Source: Alphaproteobacteria bacterium (GTDB lineage: Bacteria; Pseudomonadota; Alphaproteobacteria; UBA828). Taken from it: a stretch of DNA of 64,000 bases. The stretch lies in NCBI GenBank assembly GCA_965214705.1, contig CBDCCI010000002.1, positions 1,888,001-1,952,000 of the forward strand, in the 5' to 3' direction. Below are positions 46,044 to 55,949 of this stretch, in pieces. The position numbers were made by a program, and so were the translations under genes. The notes beneath the pieces are model-generated. The model made no database searches. It saw only the letters and a list, made by a program, of their open reading frames with translations, and was not told the DNA's origin. The first letter of the stretch is position 1, and every line of letters begins with the position of its first letter.

Positions 46044-47608
46044 TGCGTGCCGCCGGTCGTTGCCCAACGGGCGCCGATGCGCGCGTGGACGGCGGCGACA
46101 AGAGTGGCGAGCGCGTCGTCGGCCTCCTGTCGGGCGCGGGCGTCGCGTAGCCAGGTTTGAGCGCTGATGGCCTCGACGGCACCGGGCATCGTCGCCTCGA
46201 CGATGGCAATTGCGCGCCCGAGATCGCCGGTCGCGAGCGCCGATTCGGCCTCGACCAGACGGCCGTCGAGGCTCTGAGGATCGATGGCGCCGCTAGTCTT
46301 GCGGATCGTCACGAGCTGACTCAGCCGGGTGACCGTCTCGTCGATCCAGTCGGCGTCCTCGGTCGCGGGCGCGGCGCGCACGATGGCGCTGGCGGCCTCG
46401 GGAAAGCGCGCGAGGAGCCCGTCGATGGTCGGCACGCCCGTGGCGGCGAAGGGCGCCAAGCGCGCGAGGGCGCTCTCGACCGCGGGGTCGTCGCCGGTGA
46501 TGCCGCGAACCGTGTCGAGCGCGGGTGCGAAACCGCGGGATGAGGCGAGAGCGGCGGTGAGCTCGCCGGTCGCCAGCACCAGCGTCACCAGGCGCCCATC
46601 AGCGGCGGCTTGCTGTGCGGCCTCTTCCTCGAAGTGCGCGAGCCGCGCGCTTACCTCGGCAAGCGCGGTCTCCAGCGCGGCGCGCTGTTCTCCCCAAGCC
46701 GCGAGCGCCTCGCCGAGGGGCTCGCGCGTCGGATCGTCCTCGAGCACTCGGACCCGCTGCTCCAGGGCGATCACCGCAGCGCCCGCGCCGATGGCACCAT
46801 CGGACCGCGCCTCCAGGGCATCCAGCCGAGCGTTGAGCGCGCCGAGCGCGTCGCTGCCGAGATCGGCTTGCGCGGTCGACCGGGTGGCAGGCTGGGACTC
46901 GTCGACCGCAACCGGAGCCGCTTCGGCAGCAACGGCGGTCGCGCGCTCGGGCACGACCTGCTCCTCGGCGTGTACGGGGGCAACGGCCGGAGTCGCCGGC
47001 GGATCGTCGGCCGCAAGCGCCGGCGATGGCGACGGGGGATCCACTGCAGGCGCTGCCGGCTCGGGCGTTGCGGTCACCTGTGGAGTGGTCTCGTCGTCCT
47101 GCGGAGCGGCGGCGGCCGGTACCGCTTCTGTCGGGCCGGCCCTGGAGTCCTCGTCCTCTATCTCTGCAACAACAAGCGGCGCGCCGGCACCGTCGGCAGG
47201 GGGAGAGGTCGCCGTGCCCTCACCCGACGGACCGTCACCCGTTTGTTGGGCGACGGGCGGCGCAGCGGCGGGGGCCGTCGCGACGGTCTTCTCGCCGCCA
47301 ATGCCGAAGACATCGGGCCCGAATTCGGACCACGCGGCGTAAAGCCCGACGCAAACGAGCGCTGCAGCCAGGCCTATGACTGCTACCAGCGGGACGCGGC
47401 GACCCTTCGGGCGATCCGCCTCGGCCTCGGCGGCGGGGGCATCGGGGGTGTCCGCGTCCTGCGTCGCACCCCGCGTCGCCGGCAATCGCCAGATCACGCC
47501 TGGCCGGCCGCTTGCCGGCGTCTCCTGGCCGTCGTCCTTCCGCGCCGCCATGTGTCTCTCGTTACGCCTGTCGCGGCCTCTTCGGCGCCGGCTCGATCTC
47601 TTGCTCAC
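46040..47608 (-). CDS. Mitofilin family protein (alphaproteobacterial Mic60)
   Basis: One TM helix, low-complexity linker, coiled coil, GVPT..L..RF, LVTIR, AE.AL..GDL..A, WL.DA.AR; lies between hemD and hemY. Confidence 0.85.
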   Translation of the reverse strand: MSKRSSRRRRGRDRRNERHMAARKDDGQETPASGRPGVIWRLPATRGATQDADTPDAPAAEAEADRPKGRRVPLVAVIGLAAALVCVGLYAAWSEFGPDVFGIGGEKTVATAPAAAPPVAQQTGDGPSGEGTATSPPADGAGAPLVVAEIEDEDSRAGPTEAVPAAAAPQDDETTPQVTATPEPAAPAVDPPSPSPALAADDPPATPAVAPVHAEEQVVPERATAVAAEAAPVAVDESQPATRSTAQADLGSDALGALNARLDALEARSDGAIGAGAAVIALEQRVRVLEDDPTREPLGEALAAWGEQRAALETALAEVSARLAHFEEEAAQQAAADGRLVTLVLATGELTAALASSRGFAPALDTVRGITGDDPAVESALARLAPFAATGVPTIDGLLARFPEAASAIVRAAPATEDADWIDETVTRLSQLVTIRKTSGAIDPQSLDGRLVEAESALATGDLGRAIAIVEATMPGAVEAISAQTWLRDARARQEADDALATLVAAVHARIGARWATTGGTQ

Positions 47609-48366
47609 CGTTGCAGCTCGCCGACTTGCGGGCTCGGCGCGAGTGCACTCACGACGCAGGCGACGAGCGCATCCTGTTGCGGCGCGGCGGCCACGGAGAC
47701 GCGTTTCCAGGGAAGAGATGCTGCCGCTTCGGCCACCGCTTGGCTCAGGCAGAACGCGGTGAGTGTCCGCGCCGTCGAGTCGACTCCCGACTCGCGCGCG
47801 AGCTTAGCAAAGAGGCGCGCGGTGCGGGGAGAGTAAAACGCAGCGCCGGTGAGGGCTTGTGCCTCCAACGCCTGGCGCGCCGGCGCAGACAAGGCACACG
47901 AGGCGACCGCGTCGTAGAGAAGCACGCGCACCGCATCGAAACCGGCGGCGCGCAGCCGGGGCGCCAAATCGCCCGTGCTGACCCGGCCGGCCACGTGGAC
48001 GAGGCGGCCGGAGGCTGGGCGGAGTCGGGCTAAGGCGAGCGCCGCCAGCGCGTCCACGTCGCCGTCCGCCGCGGTCACCGAGCGGAAGCCGGCGTCCTGC
48101 GCAGCCTGCGCGGTGGCGCAGCCCACCGCCAAGACCGGAAGCCGGCGCGCATCCTCGTCGGGAGACGTCGCCGCGAGCGCGCGCGCGCCGTTCGCGCTGG
48201 TGAGCAGGATTGCTTGGGCGCCCGCAAGGTCGAGGCGCGCATCGTGGTCGAGACGGATCGACATCATCGGCTCGATCAGCGACTCGATGCCGTGACGCGC
48301 CAGCTCTTCCGCGAGCGCGAGAGAATCCTGGCGCGGGCGGGTGAGCAGCAGGCACGGCTGGCTCAT
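47605..48366 (-). CDS. hemD: Uroporphyrinogen-III synthase
   Basis: LLTRP, LTSANG, AVG.ATA, YSPRTA, CLSQAVA. Confidence 0.92.
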   Translation of the reverse strand: MSQPCLLLTRPRQDSLALAEELARHGIESLIEPMMSIRLDHDARLDLAGAQAILLTSANGARALAATSPDEDARRLPVLAVGCATAQAAQDAGFRSVTAADGDVDALAALALARLRPASGRLVHVAGRVSTGDLAPRLRAAGFDAVRVLLYDAVASCALSAPARQALEAQALTGAAFYSPRTARLFAKLARESGVDSTARTLTAFCLSQAVAEAAASLPWKRVSVAAAPQQDALVACVVSALAPSPQVGELQR

Positions 48367-49298
48367 GACTCGAACCAACCGGGGCCGCCAGCCGCACGCA
48401 GCGCAGCACCGGCATCGCGGCCGATGGCGGGCGCGTCGACCATGGCGCCAGCGCGCTCGACCCGGTGGCAGACGCTACCGTCGGCCCGCGCGATCAGGGC
48501 GTCGAGGCGAAGCCCGCCCGAGCCATCCGCCTCGGCGAGGCCTGCGATCGGCATGCGGCAGGAACCATCGAGCACCTCCAGCAGCGCCCGCTCGCACTGG
48601 ACGGCAGCAGTCGTCACCGAATCCACGATGGGCTGCAACAATTCTTGCATCCGCTCGTCGCCCGTCCGGCACTCGATGCCGAGCGCCCCCTGCCCCACCG
48701 CCGGCAGCATCTCCGCCAGCTCCAACACCGCCATCCCGCCTACTTCCTCGCCCAGCCGTTTGAGGCCGGCCAGAGCCAGCAGCGTGGCGTCGGCCGCGCC
48801 ATCGGCCACCTTGCGCAGCCGGGTGCCGACGTTGCCCCGCATCGGGACGATCTCGATATCGGGGCGGCGCGCCAGAAGCTGCGCCTGGCGGCGGAGCGAA
48901 CCGGTCCCGACGCGCGTCCCCGCCGGCAGGTCGGCGAGGCCGGTCGCACCAGGCGCGATCAGCACGTCGCGCGGATCCTCCCGCTCAGGGATCGCGGCGA
49001 TCTCCAGCCCCTCCGGCAGCCAGGTCGGCACGTCCTTCATCGAGTGCACGGCGAGGTCGATGCGCCCATCCAGGAGCGCCTCCTCGATCTCCTTGGTGAA
49101 GAGCCCCTTGCCGCCGATCTCGGCGAGCGGGCGGTCGACGAAGCGATCGCCCGAGGTGGTGATGGTCTCGGTGAGCAGCGCACCGTCCTCGGCCAGCACG
49201 GGATGCGCCGCAGCCAGCCGGGCGCAGACGTGGCGGGTCTGGGCGATGGCGAGCGGGCTGCCCCGCGTCCCGACGACTATTGGCAGGCGCACGTCCAC
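48363..49298 (-). CDS. hemC: Hydroxymethylbilane synthase
   Basis: GTRGSPLA, GGKGLFTKE, AVHSMKDVP, RGNV.TRL.K, GSCRMPIA. Confidence 0.96.
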   Translation of the reverse strand: MDVRLPIVVGTRGSPLAIAQTRHVCARLAAAHPVLAEDGALLTETITTSGDRFVDRPLAEIGGKGLFTKEIEEALLDGRIDLAVHSMKDVPTWLPEGLEIAAIPEREDPRDVLIAPGATGLADLPAGTRVGTGSLRRQAQLLARRPDIEIVPMRGNVGTRLRKVADGAADATLLALAGLKRLGEEVGGMAVLELAEMLPAVGQGALGIECRTGDERMQELLQPIVDSVTTAAVQCERALLEVLDGSCRMPIAGLAEADGSGGLRLDALIARADGSVCHRVERAGAMVDAPAIGRDAGAALRAAGGPGWFES

Positions 49299-49429
49299 GG
49301 CACCGAATCGGAGCGTTGCGCCCCTTCTACACAGCGCGCCGCGCCGACGCGAGCGCTTTCAGGCCACGCAAGGCCGGGATCGTTGTGGCGCCGGCCCCGC
49401 TCGGACCAGCGCCAAACCCTGTCCCATTG

Positions 49430-49546
49430 TCAGACGTAGGAGACCGCCTCGTTGAGCGGCTTTCGCCCGATGTCGGGCACTACCGCATCCTGGTCCGGAT
49501 AGCCGACCACCAGCAGCAGGAAGGGCCGCTCGGCCGCTTCCGTCAC
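49430..49546 (-). pseudogene. C-terminal remnant of an iodotyrosine deiodinase-like nitroreductase
   Basis: Hand translation ERPFLLLVVGYPDQDAVVPDIGRKPLNE; only 38 codons. Confidence 0.65.
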
Positions 49547-50406
49547 TCAGCGGCGAGGAACTCCAGAAGCGCGGTGTTCACCGCCTCGACCTGCTGCCAG
49601 TGCGCGAAGTGGCTGGAATTGCCGATCAAGAGCAACTGGGAGCCCGGAATGAGTTCCGCCATGCGCTTGGTGTGAGCCTCGTCGATGGCCTCTTCGTAGA
49701 CACCCGCCGCGATCACGAACGGAACTGTGATGCTTGCCAGCTGCTCGTCGGTATACGCGGGCTGGCCGCCCCACATCGCGAACACCTTGCCGGAAAACGC
49801 CTCCCACGCGTCGGGCGTCGGCGAAATCTGGGCGTACTGTGCGGCCGCGTGACCGACATAGGCACCGATCAGCGCGTCATGGAAGGCGGTGGGGCGAATG
49901 CCGGAGGTCTGGTAGTTGGCCCCGAGCGCGAACACCTTGGTCAGGCGGTCGGGATTGTGGATCGCCAGATCGAGGCCGATGTTTCCGCCGTCGCTCCAGC
50001 CCACGATTGCCGCTTGGTCCAGACCGAGGCTGTCCATCACGCCCATCACGTCGCTTGCCATCAGGTGATAACCATAAGGCTGGTCGTCGTCGGTCGAGCG
50101 GCCGTGGCCCCGGCTGTCGATGGCGATTACCTTGTAGGTGGCAGCGAGGGCGTCGATCTGCCCCCCGAAATCCTCGGCCGCGCCCAAGCCGCCGTGCAAC
50201 AGCAACACCGCGTCGTTGTTGCCGGAGCCGTAGAGCGCGTAGTGAATGTTGGCTCCGTTGACTGCAACGTTGCCGGTCGCTTCGGGTGCCGGAAGCGGCT
50301 GCGGCGGCGTCAGCGTGCGCCAACCGTCGCCAGCCGTCGCCGGGCCGGCTGCGGCAAACAGCAGGACGACCCCGAGAGCCAAGAACATTTGCAGTGCGCG
50401 TTTCAT
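49543..50406 (-). CDS. Secreted alpha/beta hydrolase
   Basis: Signal peptide, LLHGGLG, DSRGHGRS, GWSDGG nucleophile elbow, SHFA. Confidence 0.9.
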   Translation of the reverse strand: MKRALQMFLALGVVLLFAAAGPATAGDGWRTLTPPQPLPAPEATGNVAVNGANIHYALYGSGNNDAVLLLHGGLGAAEDFGGQIDALAATYKVIAIDSRGHGRSTDDDQPYGYHLMASDVMGVMDSLGLDQAAIVGWSDGGNIGLDLAIHNPDRLTKVFALGANYQTSGIRPTAFHDALIGAYVGHAAAQYAQISPTPDAWEAFSGKVFAMWGGQPAYTDEQLASITVPFVIAAGVYEEAIDEAHTKRMAELIPGSQLLLIGNSSHFAHWQQVEAVNTALLEFLAAE

Positions 50407-50923
50407 GGTGATTCTCCTTGTCGAACGTGCCCGTCCCCCAAGGGGGGCGGTCGGATGTGAATGCTGGTCGACGCCCAGCAAGCCCGCCGTCGTCCATCGC
50501 GACCGGTTCGTGCAGCGGAGCCAGTCCGGTTTCGGTCCGACGACTCGCGCTATGGAGAAAATACGAGCTATTAAGAAAAATTCATAGCGTTATAGAAAAA
50601 TGCGAACCAAGCGAAAAAGACGTGAACGCCAAATTCACGGCGTCAGGAGCCTCCAGATCGACCGAGTGCCCGGCTTTGGCGGCGTGCGAAGATCGCTTCG
50701 GGAAGCGCCTCCACCATCGCCTTCACGGCCTCGAAGGTCGTCCGTAGACTTACAATCGTCGGGGCACGATCTGGCATCAGGGTGCTCCTGATCGAGGCTA
50801 TTGGTTATCCACGGGGAGCACCCGTTTTTCTCCTGACACGTAATCGCGAACGTCACCCATTTCGGCGCGAAAGTATCGTGCAAGCACTGACCGTGATGAG
50901 AAATCTGAGTTAGGCTCGCGCCC

Positions 50924-51997
50924 ATGATCGTCCTTGGCATCGAGACGAGCTGCGACGAGACGGCGGCCGCAGTCGTGACCGGCGAGCGCCGGGTGCTGTC
51001 CGACATCGTGCTCTCCCAAATCGCCGACCACGCGCCCTATGGCGGCGTGGTGCCGGAGATCGCCGCGCGCAGCCACGTGGAGCATCTCGACGGCCTCATC
51101 GCCCGCGCCATGGAGCAAGCCGGTGTCGGTTTCGCCGAGCTCGACGGCGTGGCCGCTACCGCCGGCCCCGGCTTGATCGGCGCGGTCATGGTCGGGCTCA
51201 TGACCGGCAAGGCGATCGCCGCCGTCCACGACAAGCCGCTGCTCGCCGTCAACCATCTGGAGGGGCACGCGCTCAGCCCCCGCCTCATCGCGCCCGACCT
51301 CGATTTTCCTTACCTGCTGCTGCTGGTCTCCGGCGGGCACTGCCAGCTGCTGCTCGTCGAGGAGGTCGACCGCTACCGGCGCCTGGGCACCACCATCGAC
51401 GACGCGGTGGGCGAGGCCTTCGACAAGGCGGCGATGCTGCTGGAGCTCGGCTATCCGGGCGGGCCCGCAATCGAGCGCGCAGCCAAGGACGGCGACCCGG
51501 CAGGCGTCGCCCTGCCCCGGCCTCTGCTCGGCCGGCCGGGGTGCGACTTCTCGTTCTCGGGCCTCAAGACCGCGCTGCTCCACGCCGTCCAGGCAATGGG
51601 CACGCCATCGGAGGGCGACCGCGCCGACCTCGCGGCGTCGTTCCAGACGGCGGTCACCGACGTGCTCGTCGACCGCACGGCGAACGCGATCGACATGCTC
51701 CGGGGCTCAAACGTAGAGCCGGCGGCGCTGGTGGTGGCGGGCGGCGTCGCGGCCAACAGCGAGATTCGGCGTCGCATCGAAGAGCTGGCGGCGGCGCGCG
51801 GCCTCGCCCTCAACATCCCGCCGCCCCGGCTTTGCACCGACAACGCGGCCATGATCGCCTGGGCCGGGATCGAGCGGCTGACCCGAGGCCTCACCGACCC
51901 GCTCGACGCATCGCCGCGGGCGCGCTGGCCCCTCGACGAGGACGCGGGGCTCGCCGAGGGCGCCGGCGTGCCGGGACGATTGGGACGAAAGGCCTGA
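50924..51997 (+). CDS. tsaD: tRNA t6A threonylcarbamoyltransferase TsaD
   Basis: [40 protein letters not shown]. Confidence 0.97.
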   Translation: MIVLGIETSCDETAAAVVTGERRVLSDIVLSQIADHAPYGGVVPEIAARSHVEHLDGLIARAMEQAGVGFAELDGVAATAGPGLIGAVMVGLMTGKAIAAVHDKPLLAVNHLEGHALSPRLIAPDLDFPYLLLLVSGGHCQLLLVEEVDRYRRLGTTIDDAVGEAFDKAAMLLELGYPGGPAIERAAKDGDPAGVALPRPLLGRPGCDFSFSGLKTALLHAVQAMGTPSEGDRADLAASFQTAVTDVLVDRTANAIDMLRGSNVEPAALVVAGGVAANSEIRRRIEELAAARGLALNIPPPRLCTDNAAMIAWAGIERLTRGLTDPLDASPRARWPLDEDAGLAEGAGVPGRLGRKA

Positions 51998-52019
51998 GAC
52001 CCGCGACCGTTCTCAGCGC

Positions 52020-52838
52020 CTACGAATCGCCGGCGCAGCGAAAGCCCACCATGTCGAGGCCGATGTCGGGCGGATTCTTGTGTCGGTAGCTCACCCGCAG
52101 ACAGAACGGATTGTTGCCCCAGCCGCCGCCGCGAATCACGTACTTGCCGCTGTCGCCGTCGGGGCTCGACGTCCACTCCCAGACATTGCCGGCCATGTCG
52201 TGAAGGCCGAAGGGCGAGACGCCGGCGGGATAGGAGCCGACGGGAGCGGTCTCGTGATAGCCGTCGGTCATGTCCGCAGCACAGCACTTGTTGGTGCCGT
52301 AGTTGGCGCGCCGCACGCCGCCCTCGTCCGGCGCCGCATCGCCCCAAGGGAAGATGCGCCCGTCCGTGCCGCGCGCGACGAATTCCCACTCCTCCTCGCT
52401 CGGCAACCGCAGCCCGTGGTGGCGGCAGAAGGCACCGGCGTCGTTCCAGCTCACCTGCACCACCGGATGGTCGTCGAGGCCAATGGGATTCGAGGCCGGC
52501 CCGCTGCGATGCCGCCAGTCGGCGCCCGGCACCTTGATCCAGCGTCCGGGCCAGACGTAGCCGAAGCCGCGGCGCTCCGGATCGGTGACGTGTCCGGTCT
52601 CGGCGACGAAGGCGGCGAACTGAGTGTTCGTCACCTCGAAGAGCATGAGCCGAAACGGCGCGACGGTTGCCGGCCTGGGTGTCTCGTCCGGCCGGCCGTC
52701 GGCATCGCCCATCTCGAAGCTGCCACCGAGAATGTCCACCATCTCGAAGGGCGCATCGGCCCACCCGGTGGAAACCGCCGGAAGTGCGGTGAGCGCGACG
52801 GCAAGAAGACCCCCGATTGACGACACCGCGTGCATCAT
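52020..52838 (-). CDS. Formylglycine-generating enzyme (SUMF1) fold protein, secreted
   Basis: EVTN.QF, HPVVQVSWNDA, RLPSEEEWE, DMAGNVWEW, RGGGW, GFRC. Confidence 0.9.
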   Translation of the reverse strand: MMHAVSSIGGLLAVALTALPAVSTGWADAPFEMVDILGGSFEMGDADGRPDETPRPATVAPFRLMLFEVTNTQFAAFVAETGHVTDPERRGFGYVWPGRWIKVPGADWRHRSGPASNPIGLDDHPVVQVSWNDAGAFCRHHGLRLPSEEEWEFVARGTDGRIFPWGDAAPDEGGVRRANYGTNKCCAADMTDGYHETAPVGSYPAGVSPFGLHDMAGNVWEWTSSPDGDSGKYVIRGGGWGNNPFCLRVSYRHKNPPDIGLDMVGFRCAGDS

Positions 52839-52981
52839 GCGCCCCTCCCCTTACACCGCCGTGTTTCCGATTGTACGCGTGGCTCGCTGCGGCGTCTGTC
52901 GCCGTGTCGTGTATCCGACTCGACGGCGTCGGCTACACTGGGCGGCATGGGACGCGAACCTTCGACGACCGCACGAGAACG

Positions 52982-53983
52982 ATGAAGCGCGTCGGCGTGA
53001 TCGGCGGCGGCGCCTGGGGCACGGCCTTGGCTGCGGTGGCGGCGCGAGCCGGCCGGTCGGTGACCCTCTGGGCACGCGAGCCCGACGTTATCGAGAGCAT
53101 CAACGACCGCCACGAGAACAGGCGCTTTCTGCCCGGCGTCCCCCTTGAGCACGCGATTCGTGCCACCGCCGACCTGAACGAGGCGGCGGATGCCGACCTC
53201 CTGCTCCTGGTGACGCCGGCGCAGCATCTCGCTGAGACGACGGCGCAGGTCGCCAAGGCGACCGACTGCGCGACTCCCGCCGTCATCTGCCCAAAGGGAA
53301 TCGAGCGGGGCACCGGCGCGCTGATGAGCGAAGCGGTGCGCCGGGTGGCACCCGACATGCGGATCGCCGTGCTCTCGGGCCCCACCTTCGCGCGCGAGGT
53401 CGCGGACGGCCTGCCCGCCGCCGTGTCGCTCGCCTGCGAGGACGCGCGCATGGGCGGGGCGGTGGTGAAGGCGCTCGGCGTCCCGGCCTTCCGCCCCTAT
53501 CTCACGGACGACCTGATCGGCGTGCAGATCGGCGGCGCGGTCAAGAACGTGATCGCGATCGCCGCCGGCATCGCCATCGGTCGCGGCTTGGGCGACAACG
53601 CCCGCGCCGCCATCATCGCGCGCGGCTTCGCCGAGCTTGTGCGCCTCGCCGTCGCCAAGGGCGCGCGGATGGAGACCCTCGCCGGCCTCGCGGGCCTCGG
53701 CGATCTCGTGCTCACCTGCACCGGCGACCAGTCGCGCAACTTCAGCTTCGGCCGCGCCATCGGCGAAGGGACGGCGCCCAAGGCGGCGCTCGACTCCAGC
53801 GAGGCGGTCACCGAGGGCCACGAGAGCGCGCCGGCCGTGGTGACGATGGCGTCCGGGCTCGGCGTCGAAATGCCGATCGCCAGCGCCGTGCATGCAGTGC
53901 TGCATCGGGGCGCGTCGGTCGACGATGCAATCGGCGGCCTGCTCTCCCGCCCCTTCAAGCCCGAGGCCGGCGCCAGCCGTTAG
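52982..53983 (+). CDS. gpsA: NAD(P)H-dependent glycerol-3-phosphate dehydrogenase
   Basis: GGGAWGTALA, KGIE, SGPTFA, GGAVKNV, GLGDLVLTC, SRN. Confidence 0.96.
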   Translation: MKRVGVIGGGAWGTALAAVAARAGRSVTLWAREPDVIESINDRHENRRFLPGVPLEHAIRATADLNEAADADLLLLVTPAQHLAETTAQVAKATDCATPAVICPKGIERGTGALMSEAVRRVAPDMRIAVLSGPTFAREVADGLPAAVSLACEDARMGGAVVKALGVPAFRPYLTDDLIGVQIGGAVKNVIAIAAGIAIGRGLGDNARAAIIARGFAELVRLAVAKGARMETLAGLAGLGDLVLTCTGDQSRNFSFGRAIGEGTAPKAALDSSEAVTEGHESAPAVVTMASGLGVEMPIASAVHAVLHRGASVDDAIGGLLSRPFKPEAGASR

Positions 53984-55185
53984 GGAAAGTCTGAACAACC
54001 CCATCTTCTCGGCTTCGAGGGGGAGAGGGGGCTTGGATTTGAAGCTCGACGATATTGCCGACGGGCCGGGGGCTGCTTTTGTCGCGGGATGCGTTGCGAA
54101 CGGGCGATATCCACGTCGATCCGCCGCATTTGCCGCCGTCCCGCCCGCGGCGGGCAGACTGCTCCCCTGTCATTGCGTCGCGTAGCGGCCGGCGATCAGC
54201 AGGTTCGAGAACCCCAGCAGCAACGCGATGCGCTGCCTGTTCTTCGCCACGCCCCGGTAGCGCACCCTGGCGTAGCCGAAGTGCCGCTTCACGTACAGGA
54301 ACGGATGCTCCACTTTCGCCCGCACCGACGCCTTGCGCGTCTCCGCTGCCGCTTCGGCGCCGCCCTCGCCCAGAAGCCGCCGCCGCCCCGGCTTCATCGC
54401 CACACGCCACTCGACACCGCCATCCCGGTGCTCGGGACGCTTCTCCACCCCCTGGTAGCCCGCGTCGCCCCACGCCGTCGTCTCAGCGCCATGCAGCAGC
54501 GCTCCCGCCTGCGTCACGTCGCTTGCGTTGGCCGCCGTCGTCACCACGCTGTGCGCCAGACCCGACCCGGCGTCCACCCCGATGTGCGCCTTCATCCCGA
54601 AATACCACTGCTTGCCCTTCTTCGTCTGACGCATCTCAGGGTCCCGTGCGCGGCCCCGGTTCTTCGTCGACGACGGCGCCTCGATGATGCTCGCGTCAAC
54701 GATCGTCCCCGTGCGCAGCCGATGGCCGCGCAATGCCAGGTGCGCATTGATCTCCTCGAACAGACCCTCGCCCAGATCGTGCCTCTCCAGCAGATGCCGG
54801 AAGTTCAGGATGGTGGTCTCGTCGGGCAGCGCCTCCGTCAGGCGCAGCCCCACGAAACGCCTCACCGACTCCACCTCGTAGAGCAGGTCCTCCATCCCCG
54901 GATCGCTCAGGTTGTAGAACAACTGCACGCAGTGAACCCGCAGCATCACCCCAAGCGGGTAAGGGCGCCGACCGCGCCCCGCCTTCGGATAGAACGGCTC
55001 GATCCGTCGTTCCAGCCGCTCCCAGGGAACCAGCTTGTCCATCTTCTCAAGGAACAGCTCGCGCCGCGTCCGGCGCTTCTTCATCTCGTGCTCCAGTTCC
55101 GCAAAGCTTGCCTGTGCCATGGCCCGATCATCCAATCTGCGACTCCTACGAAAATCATGGCACACCCGACTTGATCAGACCTTCC
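53984..55185 (-). mobile_element. IS5-family (IS5 group) insertion sequence (1202 bp)
   Basis: TIRs GGAAAGTCTGAACAAC / GGAAGGTCTGATCAAG; 4-bp TSD TTAG at 53980-53983 and 55186-55189. Confidence 0.93.
54170..55120 (-). CDS. IS5 transposase
   Basis: PDETTILNFRHLLE, VDASII, FGMKAHIGVD, GDAGYQG, RAKVEHPF. Confidence 0.95.
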   Translation of the reverse strand: MAQASFAELEHEMKKRRTRRELFLEKMDKLVPWERLERRIEPFYPKAGRGRRPYPLGVMLRVHCVQLFYNLSDPGMEDLLYEVESVRRFVGLRLTEALPDETTILNFRHLLERHDLGEGLFEEINAHLALRGHRLRTGTIVDASIIEAPSSTKNRGRARDPEMRQTKKGKQWYFGMKAHIGVDAGSGLAHSVVTTAANASDVTQAGALLHGAETTAWGDAGYQGVEKRPEHRDGGVEWRVAMKPGRRRLLGEGGAEAAAETRKASVRAKVEHPFLYVKRHFGYARVRYRGVAKNRQRIALLLGFSNLLIAGRYATQ

Positions 55186-55220
55186 TTAGGGCGTTTCCGT
55201 TTCTCACGGAAACGCCCTAA
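55186..55220. repeat. Perfect 15-bp-arm palindrome (REP/MITE-like or terminator)
   Basis: TTAGGGCGTTTCCGT-TTCTC-ACGGAAACGCCCTAA. Confidence 0.8.
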
Positions 55221-55423
55221 CACTTTGTCGCTCACGGCAGCCGGCCTTCGGCCGGCGCCTGCGCGCCGCAGAAGCGGCGGGCCGCGGTCGCGGCCTGTCG
55301 CACGTCCGTCAAAGACGGACGCGCTATAACGGCCCCGGCGATAGTGCTGCGGATCGCGGCTTGACAAGGCGCTGCCTTACCTTGTTTTCTCCGCCCCGCC
55401 CGCTCTTCGAGCACGGGTGTCTT

Positions 55424-55510
55424 GCGGCTGTGGCGGAACTGGTAGACGCGCAGCGTTGAGGGCGCTGTGGGGGCGACCCCGTGGAGGTTCGAGTCCTCTC
55501 AGCCGCACCA
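55424..55510 (+). tRNA. tRNA-Leu(GAG)
   Basis: CAGCG-TT-GAG-GG-CGCTG anticodon arm, long variable arm, GTTCGAGTC, CCA. Confidence 0.96.
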
Positions 55511-55519
55511 TCTGACCTG

Positions 55520-55606
<87 letters not shown>

Positions 55607-55629
55607 GATGGACAGAGGCCGACAGGCAA

Positions 55630-55848
55630 TCAGCCCTTCGGCCGCTTCTCGCCTGAGAGGAAGGCGCCGAGCATCTTGCCCGCCTCGCGCGCAGGGTCCT
55701 TGGCGGCCGCAACGTCCGCGACCTTGTCGGCGGCCTTGTCCATTTTCCGGTCGACGGCCCGAAACGCCTGCCCCGCCTTCTTCTGCACGCGCGGGTCCGA
55801 CGCGGCGCGGCGCGCGAGCGACCAGAGCACTGTGCGCAGGATAGCCAT
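55630..55848 (-). CDS. Small hypothetical protein
   Basis: 72 aa, amphipathic, K/A-rich, fills the intergenic gap. Confidence 0.55.
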   Translation of the reverse strand: MAILRTVLWSLARRAASDPRVQKKAGQAFRAVDRKMDKAADKVADVAAAKDPAREAGKMLGAFLSGEKRPKG

Positions 55849-55949
55849 GGCGCCATTCTAACGCGCCGGCGCCCGATCCGATCAAGATTCTCTCCCTCGA
55901 CTCCGGCGCCCCCCTTGGGCACAAGGGGCGGCCACAAGGAGAACCCGCG

